Assembly (NCBI GenBank): GCA_037200905.1
Contig: JBBCGN010000006.1
Location: 1-50,418 of the forward strand
Source of the DNA: a bacterium
GTDB lineage: Bacteria; Patescibacteriota; Minisyncoccia; Phycocordibacterales; UBA9973
DNA: 50,418 nt
Direction: 5' to 3'
In this document: one piece after another, positions 41,330-50,418 of the stretch
How positions within the stretch are numbered: the first letter of the stretch is position 1
How the letters are laid out: every line of letters starts with the position of its first letter
Notes under the pieces: model-generated
Told to the model about the DNA's origin: nothing
What the model saw: only the letters and a program-made list of their open reading frames with translations
Databases searched by the model: none
Made by a program: the position numbers and the translations under genes

Positions 41330-42301
41330 TTATTTGGTATGTATGGCGAGATAGATATCTTCGAGAGCGCGTACGGCGTCGCCGGCAGCGATGTTGTTCT
41401 GGTGATAGAGCACGGTAGTGCAATCGCCCGCGGCCCCAGATGCCCGGAGTCTCGGTCTTCTGCGTGACAGGGTCGATCTTGATGCGGCCCGTAGTCGTCG
41501 AGCGCCACCACTTCTTTGGCAAAGTCTGTGTTCGGGATCTGGCCGATCTCTACGAAGACGCCGGAGACTTTCAATTCATGCGTTTCGCCGGTGGTCTTGT
41601 CCTTGTAGGTGAGGCCTTCCACCATCTTGTCGCCTTTGACTTCAAGGATGTCGGCGTTTCAAGATGGCTTTCATTTTCGGATTCTTCAGGACCTTGTCGA
41701 CGGTGATCTCATCGGCCTTGTTGAAAGAGTCGCTCCTGTGGATGAGGGTGACGGAATTGCAGTAGGCGAGGAGCTGGGCCGCGGTCTCGAATCCGGCATT
41801 GCCGCCGCCGGCGACCACTACGTCCATGCCGGAAAAGAGCGGACCGTCGCACGAAGCGCAATAGGTCAGACCTTTGTGCTCAAGCTTGTCGGCGCCTACG
41901 GCTTCGAGCTTGCGGCGTCCGGAACCGGAGGCGATGAGTATGGTCTTGGTGGTGAAAGTGTCGCCTGATTCGGTGGTGACTTGGAAGCGGTCGCCCTGTT
42001 TGGAAATGTTTGCCACTTTCTCGCCGTCTTTGGCCATGAGCGTCGAGCCCATGTCTTCGGATTCTTTTGCGTTCTCGGTGCCGATAGCGTTCGCCAGGAC
42101 GTGCTTCTTCAGGTTCTCGGCCAGGTCGTGGCCGGAGATGGATGTGCTGCCGATCCAGTTATAGATAGTCTCCGAAACGATAGACTGTCCGCCCCATTCG
42201 CCGGTGAGCAAAAGGGTATTCAGGCGCTTGCGCGCGGCGTATACGGCCGCAGAAGCGCCTGCTGGACCGCCGCCTATAATGATCAGATCATATGTATTCA
42301 T
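41330..42301 (-). CDS. trxB: Thioredoxin-disulfide reductase, frameshifted
   Basis: [21 protein letters not shown] redox motif, GGGNAG, GVFVEIG, AAGD. Confidence 0.88.
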
Positions 42302-42359
42302 GGGTATAGTATAGCACAACGCAAAAGTGGCCATTATGGCCACTTTTTTGCTTGTATGA

Positions 42360-43547
42360 TTAATTCTTCTTTCTGCGGAGAAAGGCCGGAACAGCGCTCC
42401 AGTCGTCGTTGTCGTCTTCGATGATGATCTCTTCCTCTTTCTTCTCGGGCTTCTTGAAGAAATCATTGTTGCTCGAGCCCATGTTCGACTGGATGCTGTT
42501 GTGGATCTCTTTCTTCGCCACTGCGGCATTCTCTTCCTTGACTTTCTCGCCGGTCGGAGGGCCCGCGAAGAGGCTCTTCCTCGGCATGTCGGCAGGGAAG
42601 CTCGTGGCGATGACGGTGACCTTGAGCTCGCCCTTCTTGAGCTTCTCGTCGCGGATGGTGCCGAAGATGACCTTGGCGTCCTTGTCGATGGATTCGGTGA
42701 TGATCTTCGCCGCTTCCTGGATCTCGTGGATGGTGACGTCCTCGCCGCCGGAGATGGCGAAGAGCACGCCCCTTGGCGCCGTTGATGGAGACCTCGAGGA
42801 GCGGGGGAATTGATGGCCTGGAGAGCGGCCTGTTCCGCGCGCTTCTCGCCGGAGGCCGAGCCGATGCCCATGAGGGCAGAGCCGGCGTTCGCCATGACGG
42901 CGCGGATGTCCGCGAAGTCGACGTTGATGATGCCGGGAGTGGTGATGAGGTCGGAGATGCCCTCGACTGCCTGGCGGAGGACGTTGTCGCACATGGCGAA
43001 CGCTTCCTTGAAGTTGGTGTTCTTATCGGCGAGCTGGAGGAGCTTGTCGTTCGGGATGACGATGATGGCGTCCACTTCTTTCGCCAGGTCTTCGAGTCCC
43101 TTTTCCGCGAGCTTCATGCGGTGCGCGCCTTCGAAGAAGAACGGCTTGGTGACCACGCCGACAGTGAGTATGCCCTGCTCCTTTGCGGCGCGCGCCACGA
43201 TCGGCGCGGCTCCCGTGCCCGTGCCGCCGCCCATGCCGCAGGCGATGAAGATCATGTCAGCGCCCTTGATGACATCCTGGATCTCCGACTTCGTCTCTTC
43301 GGCCGCCTTCTTGCCGACTTCCGGATCCATGCCGGCGCCGAGGCCCTTGGTGAGGGTTCTTGCCGATGTGGATCTTTTTCTCTGCCAGGGAGTTGTGCAG
43401 GTCCTGGGTATCGGTGTTCATGCTGATGAATGTCACGCCCTTGACCTTGCTATTGATCATGTGGTTGACTGCGTTCTTTCCGGAACCGCCGACCCCGATG
43501 ACCACGATGCGAGCGAAGCTTTCGATTTCTGGGTTTACTTTAGGCAT
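42360..43547 (-). CDS. ftsZ: Cell division protein FtsZ, frameshifted
   Basis: [17 protein letters not shown] tubulin motif, INVDFAD, acidic linker and PAFLRR tail. Confidence 0.97.
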
Positions 43548-43685
43548 ATAAATAGGGGATTAGTGGATAATTGCTGATAAAAGGCCGATAAAAAACTGAT
43601 ATTTCCCTATCATAGCAGAAAATAAAAAAAAAGCAAACTTTTTGCTTTTTCCGGAAAAATCGCCGAAAATCGGGGGCGTCACGCA

Positions 43686-44857
43686 TTACGGCATGAACTG
43701 TTTCGTTATCGATTTTATGGCGCTTTTCAGGTCTTTCAATATGCCGCCCATCGAGCCTTTCTCGTATCCGCCGCCTTCATGATCGGCGGTGATGAGCCCG
43801 AGCACCGTGAACCACGACGAGTCGCGCAGTTTCGTCTTTGACGAGCCGAAGAATTCGCTGTTGCCGATCTTTGACGGCAGGCCGAGCGCCGATTTCGACT
43901 GCTCTTCGAGGCCTTCGATGCCTGCGCCGCCGCCGATCCAGACGATGCCGGCCGGCAGGAGCTCGTTGCGTTTTATCTTTTTCAGATGCGTCTCGACCAG
44001 TTCGAAGATGTCGGAGAGGCGGGCCTCGATGATCTCGTCGAGGCGCTTCTTCGAGAAGTTCGCGGTGGTGTTGCCGAGCTTGAGATTCTCGGCTTCCTCG
44101 AGGGTGATCTTGAGGCCCAAGGCGATGTCGTTCGTAAAATCGCTCGCGCCGATGGAGTACGTATGGAGCGATACCAGCGTGCCGTTTCTCGAAGACCGCG
44201 AGCGACAATGTCTCCGCGCCGATGTTCACGAGGGCCGAGCCGACGATCTTCTGGCGCTCGGAGAGGGCGATGCTCGATGCCGCGACCGGGGCGGCGATGA
44301 CATCGATCGGCTCGACGCCCGCGCCGGTGATGACTTCGAGCAGGTCCTGTCCTCGAGGTGCTGGTTCGAGTAGGTGATGAAGAGGGCCCGGGCCTCGAGC
44401 TTGTTGCCCTTCATGCCTTCGGGGCGTCCGAGGACTTCCTTGCCGTCGAGCTTGTAGGCGATGGGGGAGACCTGGATGACCTTGCGGTTGCTTCGAAGCG
44501 ATGTTCGTCTCGGCTTCCTCGAGGGCCTTGCTGATGTCGAGATTGGTGACTTCGCTGTCGGCCTTGGAGATGATGGTGGAACCAGTATTGATGTCCCCGC
44601 GGAGGGGTCACGCCGGAGGCTGCGACGTATGCCCTGCGCACTTTCACGCCCGAAGTCTTTTCCGCCTCGGCGATGGCCCGCTTGAGCGACGACACCGCTT
44701 CGGCGAAATTCACCACGTAGCCGCGGCGGACGCCGAGGGTCGGCGCTTCGCCCACGCCGATGATCTTCGGGAACGCTTCTCCCTTTGAGAATTCGCCGAT
44801 GACCACGCGCGTGGCGTGCGTGCCCAGGTCTATGCCGACTGATATGTTTCGTATCAT
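43686..44857 (-). CDS. ftsA: Cell division protein FtsA, frameshifted
   Basis: GIDLGTHAT, NIGAETLS, LPAGIVWIGGGA. Directly upstream of ftsZ. Confidence 0.93.
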
Positions 44858-45046
44858 TATTTCTTGTTCTTCCTTATTTTTCCCAGTAAAAATTTATTCC
44901 GCTCTTCTCAATAGTACTACGTTGCGCCGCGCGTATCAAATGCCGCGTTCCGTGGATAACTGGCAATTTTAAAAGATTTTTTGCAAAACGGAGGATGGCG
45001 GTTTTTTGCAAAAATAAAAATGCACCCGGAGAGGGGTGCATTTCTC

Positions 45047-45275
45047 TTATCGTATCTTGCCGAGCTTGCGGAGCTTCTCGACTTCCTTCCTGCGCACGAG
45101 GCGGTTGAGCGTGCTCTTCTTCGCCTTGAGCTTCGATTCCTTGCGCTCGTTGTAGCGGCCCTTCTTCACCTTCTGGATGATGCCGGACTCCTGGACCTTG
45201 CGCGAGAAGCGGCGCAAGACGGCTCGCATTGTTCTCGCTCTGGTTCTTCTTGATCTCTATTACTGTCTTTGCCAT
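45047..45275 (-). CDS. rpsU: 30S ribosomal protein bS21-like, frameshifted
   Basis: IEIKKNQSE..VLRRFSRKVQESGII, basic C-terminus. Confidence 0.7.
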
Positions 45276-45390
45276 ATAGTACAGAGAGATTAGCATAACA
45301 AGGAATATATGGCAAGGCGCGCTCATTGCCCGGGTTCATTTTTTAAAGCCCGTTTTGATCTTTTGGCCCAAAAAAGCTACTATAGAGCAT

Positions 45391-45860
45391 ATGGATAAAA
45401 CAGCGGACTATATCACGGAAGAGAAGCGGCAAGCCCTCGAAGCGGAACTTGCCGACCTGAAGGGCCCGAAGCGCAAGGAGATACTCGATGCTCTCGAATA
45501 TGCGAAATCGCTCGGCGACCCTTTCCGAGAATGCCGAGTACCACCAGGCCCGCGAGGATCAGGGCAAGCTCGAAGAGCGCATCGCCAAAGTAGAGGAGAT
45601 CCTGCGCTCGTCGCAAGTCGTTTCCGCATCCGGCGGCGACATCGTGCAGATCGGCTCCAAAGTCACCGTTACCAAAGAAGGCGGTTCCGAAGAAAAATCT
45701 ATCAGATCGTCGGCGCCGAAGAAGCCGACATGGCGGCGGGAAAAATCCTCGAACAAGTCTCCGTTCGGCTCGGCGCTCTTCGGCAAGAAGAAGGGCGACG
45801 CCGTCTCTTTCAGCTACTCCCGGCGGCGCAGTCAATTATAAAATCGTAAACGTGTCATAA
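45391..45860 (+). CDS. greA: Transcription elongation factor GreA, frameshifted
   Basis: GDLSENAEYH, VQIGSKV, SPFGSALFGKKKGD. Confidence 0.93.
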
Positions 45861-45867
45861 TAGAGGC

Positions 45868-47337
45868 ATGTCAGCAATCGACGAAATCAGGAGACGCTCG
45901 TCTCGCGAAGCTCAAGATTCTTCAGGGAGAGAAGGCATTGACCCGTATCCGGCTGATTCAAAGCGCGAGATAAGGCTCGCCGATGCCGCATCTCAATTCG
46001 AAACTCTGGAAAAGGACGGTGCGGCCAAATGGATCGCGGGCCGCGTCATGTCCGTGCGGGGGGGCAGGGCGGCCTCGTTTTCATAACGCTCAACGACGGC
46101 ACGGGAACATTTCAGGGCTTGCTCAAGAAAGACACGATTGGCGATGAAAACGTTCGATCTTTTCAACGATGTCGTAGACATCGGCGACTTCATCGAGATC
46201 GACGGCACTTTTTTCACTACCAAGCGTGGAGAAAAAGACTCTCGAAGCGAAAGAATGGCGCATGCTTTCCCAAGTCGCTCCTGCCATTGCCGGACAAATG
46301 GGATGGCTTGCAGGACGTGGAAATGCGCTTCCGCAAGCGATAATCTCGATATATTGATGAGTCCGGAGATCAAGGAACTTTTCGAGAAAAAGGTGAAGTT
46401 TTGGCGCCACTACGAGAAACTTTTTGGAGAAGCATAATTTCATGGAGGTAGAAACTCCTACTATAGAAGTCACCACCGGTGGCGCAGAAGCCCGGCCGTT
46501 CAAGACGCATCACAATGATTTCGATATCGACGTATTCATGCGCATCTCCGTCGGCGAGCTGTGGCAGAAGCGCCTGATTGGCTGCCGGTTTCGAGAAGAC
46601 GTTCGAGATCGGCCGCGTGTACCGCAACGAAGGCTCGAGCCCCGACCATCTGCAGGAATTTACCAATATGGAATTCTATGCCGCATACATGAATCTCGAT
46701 GCCGGCAAGGCATTGGTGCGCAATCTTTTCATAACCATCGCCAAAGAAGTTTTCGGTACGACAAGCTTCGAGACTCGCGGGTACAAGTTTGATTTCGATA
46801 CGGTATGGCCGGAAATAGACTATGTAGAAGAGATCAAAAAAAACTACCGGCATCGACGTGCTCGAGGACTCCGAAGCTACCATGATGAAAAAGCTGACCG
46901 AACTCGGGGGTCACCTACGAAGGCAAGAACAAAGAGCGCCTCACCGACTCGCTCTGGAAATACTGCCGCAAGCAGATCGCCGGTCCGGCTTTCCTCGTGA
47001 ACCATCCGAAGCTCGTCGCGCCGCTCTCGAAATCGAATCCCGACGACCCGCGGCAGACGATCATGTTCCAAGTCTTGCTCGCAGGTTCTGAACTCGGCCG
47101 CGCGCATGCAGAACTCAATGATCCTATCGATCAGGCAGAACGATTCGAATCACAGCAGAAATTGATTGATCGGGGAGATGATGAAGCCATGATGTCAGAT
47201 ACTGAATACGTAGAGATGCTCGAACACGGCATGCCGCCGACATTCGGATTCGGATTCGGGGAAGATTGTTTGCAATATTGTCGGATAAACCGATCCGTGA
47301 TACGCAACTCTTTCCGCTGATGCGGCCTAAAGAATAA
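45868..47337 (+). CDS. lysS: Lysyl-tRNA synthetase class II, frameshifted
   Basis: IAGRVMS OB-fold, [29 protein letters not shown]. Confidence 0.95.
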
Positions 47338-47642
47338 AAAATCCCCTGTCCATGAACGGGGGATATTTGCAATGGCTTCTTGATTAAAACCCTGATAGGT
47401 TCCACGTACTTATATACAGGCGTACCAGATTCTTGGTCGATACCCAAAAACATCAGAAGAGCCGGAACTTCCTCGGCAGTTTGCTCTGAATTGCCTTCGA
47501 CTGGCTTCGAAAGATTCAACTCTCCACTGCAGGAGGGTTTTGGTTGAATGTGCTGCTCCATACATAACAGATTTTGATGTACTTCGTTATCTAAATAATA
47601 CAACAAATTTATAATAATGCAAACTCTACAGGCGAGAAAAAG

Positions 47643-47714
47643 TTATCCACACATTATAGTGTGGCGGGGTGGGAGAGAGTGGTCTATAATGTACCCCAAG
47701 TGGGAAAAGGTGGG
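47643..47714 (+). promoter_or_regulatory. dcw promoter region with a DnaA box and MraZ-type GTGGG repeats
   Basis: TTATCCACA at 47643. GTGGG at 47669, 47700 and 47710, near-matches at 47659 and 47679 (10-nt spacing). TATAAT at 47685. Confidence 0.7.
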
Positions 47715-47744
47715 AAATCAGAAAATAAGTGAAAAATAAAAAAT

Positions 47745-48195
47745 ATGCTCATCGGCGAATATATCCATACAATTGATGCCAAGAACAGAATTTCCTTGCC
47801 GGTAAAGTTCCGACAGGAGATGGGCAAAAAAAATTATCATCACTCCGGGACTCGACCAAGTGCTTGTTCATTTTCACAAACAAAGAGTGGGCCAAGGTTT
47901 CCAAGCGCCTTTCCGATACCGATTCCGACCTTTCCTTTCTCGAGGCAGACAAGCGCAGCTTCAACCGTTTCATGTTCGGCCGCGCGGCCGAAGTGGAAGT
48001 GGACTCCATCGGCAGGATCCTGATCCCCGATTTCCTCAAGGACCGCATCGGATTGAAGGACAAGGCTGCGGTGGTGGGGTGGGCGTGGAGGATCGCGTGG
48101 AGATCTGGAACGACAAGGTCTGGTCGCAGTACAAGGAAACCGTGGAGAAGCAGGCTGATCAGCTCGCGGAGAAGCTCGCCCGCGGCAGAGCATAA
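47745..48195 (+). CDS. mraZ: Transcriptional regulator MraZ, frameshifted
   Basis: MLIGEYIHTIDAKNRISLP, DSIGRILIP, RVEIW. Confidence 0.95.
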
Positions 48196-48196
48196 A

Positions 48197-49116
48197 ATGG
48201 CCTCGCCTGTTAGGACAGCAACGGCCGAAGGACAGCGTTCACAAGAGCGTTCTTTTACAAGAAACCATCGGCAATCTCGGCATCACCGGCACGTCGGTGG
48301 TGGTCGACGGCACGTTTCGGCGGGGGCGGGCACAGCGCGGAGATCTGCAAGAAGCATCCGGGCGTGCGCATCATAGCCATCGACCAGGACAGCGGAGCTT
48401 GAAGCGGGCCGAGGACAAGTTCAAGGGCCTCGACTGCAAGGTAGAGTTCCATACCGCGAATTTCCGGGACATGGATACGGTGATCGGCGAGCCAGTCGGA
48501 TGCGGTCATCCTCGATCTCGGACTCTCGTCGGACCAATTGGAGAATTCTGGGAGAGGATTTTCTTTCATGAAGAATGAGCCGCTACTCATGACCATGAAA
48601 GAGAATCCTTCCTCGGAAGACCTTACGGCCAGGGACATCGTGAACACCTGGAGCGAGGAGAATCTCGCCGACATCATGTACGGATTCGGCGAGGAGCGAT
48701 TCTCGAGGCGCATAGCCAAAGGCATCGCAGGGGCGAGGAAGAAGAAGCCTATCGAGACGACGTTCGACCTGGTGAGCATCATCGAGCAATCGGTTCCGGC
48801 GCCGTACCGGCGGGGGGAAAGACCCAATTGCGCCACGAAGACCTTTCAGGCCATACGCATCGCCACCAATGACGAGCTCGGCGCGCTCTCCACGGGACTG
48901 CGCAAAGGGTTTACGGCCTTGCGGCCGGGAGGCAGGATGGCGGTGATCTCGTTCCACAGCCTGGAAGACAGGATCGTCAAGAAATTCTTCAAAGCCGAAG
49001 CGGACGAGGGTAGGGCGAAGCTCATCACCAAGAAGCCCATAGTATCGGAAAAATCAGAATTGACGGAGAATCCGAGAGCCCGGAGCGCGAAATTACGAAT
49101 CATAGAAAAATTATAA
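48197..49116 (+). CDS. rsmH: 16S rRNA m4C1402 methyltransferase, frameshifted
   Basis: HKSVLLQE, VVDGT.G.GGH, GFSF, TFQAIRIATNDEL, SFHSLEDR, NPRARSAKLR. Confidence 0.95.
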
Positions 49117-49137
49117 ATAAGTTTTGATACAAGAAAT

Positions 49138-49501
49138 ATGAAAGCAGCAGCATTAAAAATGAAGAGGTATGCGAGCAGCGTCAACATCGTCAAATAACAG
49201 CGATCTTTCCAGGCGCGCGCTGCATTTCATGCTGCTGTCTCTCGCCTGCTCGGCATCGCCTACGCCGTCATCCTCGCGAACATGGTCTTCAATATCGTCG
49301 AGCGCAAGGCTCTCGAGACGCAGGCCCGCTCGCTCGGCAACGACGTATCAGGCCATGGAACTCACGTATCTCGCCGAATCGAATAAGGTGGATCTCGCCC
49401 TCTCGTACTCCATGGGCTTCAAGGAGACCAAGGCCACGTTCGCAACTCGCAAGTCGCTGAAGTCATTGGGCAGCGTAAAAGTTTCGAACAATGAGCTCTA
49501 A
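49138..49501 (+). CDS. FtsL-like bitopic protein, frameshifted
   Basis: Lies between rsmH and ftsI, TM followed by a short coiled segment, ATGA-type overlap with ftsI. Confidence 0.55.
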
Positions 49502-50418
49502 GCTTTTCTCGAGAACTTCGGTACTGTCCCTCGGCGTCATCGTGTTCGCGCTCGTCCTCATCTCGAGGCTTTTTTGGCTGCAGGTGCTCCATTCGAGCGC
49601 TTATTCCGAGAAGAGCCGACCGCCAGTACGTCTACGCCGTCGTCGAACATTCTTCGAACGGGAGGCACCATGTTCTTCCAGAACAAGGACGACGGCCTCG
49701 TCTCCGCCGCCCTGCAGACGGCCGGATTCAAGATCGCCATCAATCCGACGGAGCTCGCCGACAAGGAATCCGCGTACGCGGGTATCAATGCCGTCGTACC
49801 GGTCGCCAAGGACGATTTCATGAACAAGGCCGCCAAGTCCACAGACCCGTACGAAGAGGTGGCCACGCATCTTTCGAAAGACGAAGCCGACGCCGTCACG
49901 GCCAAGAAGATTCCCGGCGTCTACATATACAAGGAGAAGTGGCGCTTCTATCCCGGCGAGAACCTGGCGTCGCAGTCGCTCGGGCTCTTGGGCTACAAGG
50001 GCGACAATGCTCGGCGGCCGCTACGGCCTCGAGCGCCAGTACGACGACGTGCTGGCGGAGAACGAGGACGATTCTTACGTGAACTTCTTCGCCCAAGTGT
50101 TTTCCAATATCAACAAGACGCTCTTCGAGAGCGGCAAGAAGAGCGGGGACGTGGTCACCACCATCGAGCCGACGGTGCAGAGCTTCCTCGAGAAATCTCT
50201 CGCGGGCGTCCGCGACAAATACAATACCGATTCCATCGGCGGCATCATCATGAATCCGAAGGACGGCTCGATCTACGCCCTCTCGGTGAAGCCCGATTTC
50301 GATCCGAACTGACGTCTCCAAGGTCAAGAACGTGGCCGTGTTCTCGAATCCGCTCGTCGAGAGAACGTCCTCGAGTTCGGCTCGGTGGTCAAGCCGCTCG
50401 TCATGGCCGCGGCGCTCG
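49491..50418 (+). CDS. ftsI: Penicillin-binding protein (FtsI/PBP2 type), N-terminal part, frameshifted
   Basis: RLFWLQV, RGTMFF, WRFYPG..LASQSLG, GRYGLERQYD, TTIEPTVQ, IIMNPKDG, and GSVVK (SxxK) at the very end. Confidence 0.93.

Noticed and set aside
47340-47606. Minus-strand ORF between lysS and mraZ
   Set aside because: It runs through the lysS terminator and 3' end with no recognisable motif, so support is insufficient.
1-50418. Mass pseudogenisation or programmed frameshifting
   Set aside because: Indels hit essential genes (ftsZ, lysS, murF, tsaD) at similar density, often in short base runs, with otherwise intact motifs. This is best explained by sequencing error.
1-50418. Plasmid, prophage or true mini-chromosome with two replichores (strand bias flips near 18.4 kb and 45.3 kb)
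   Set aside because: No replication or virion genes, no dnaA or DnaA-box cluster, and a broken valS. The strand symmetry follows from a few operons and is probably coincidental.

Overview
This is a 50.4-kb stretch of a small-genome bacterium, probably Patescibacteria/Parcubacteria (CPR); that assignment is inferred from gene order and protein style. It carries core genes (mraZ-rsmH-ftsL-ftsI-murF, ftsA-ftsZ, rpsU, greA-lysS, valS, tsaD, rmuC, trxB, glutamate dehydrogenase, malic enzyme, UDG), a MarR-controlled efflux operon, a P-type ATPase and four tRNAs. GC-rich core blocks alternate with AT-rich blocks of short orphan genes. Almost every long gene, including essential ones, has 1-nt indels, so the consensus looks like error-prone long-read data and many CDS ends are approximate. 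Three observations stand out. (1) The last base joins the first base inside ftsI, so the window closes into a circle, and the second break that a circle of chromosomal genes needs appears at about 25490, where valS is cut and fused tail-to-tail to dedA. (2) Both tRNA-Glu genes, and probably tRNA-Ser, anchor arrays of one-gene cassettes separated by a repeat that starts with the tRNA 3' end. The repeat conserves a 24-codon reading frame whose stop often overlaps the next gene's -35 box, and no integrase is present in the window. (3) A roughly 120-nt multi-hairpin RNA closed by a copy of the tRNA-Ser acceptor stem is transcribed just ahead of tRNA-Ser.
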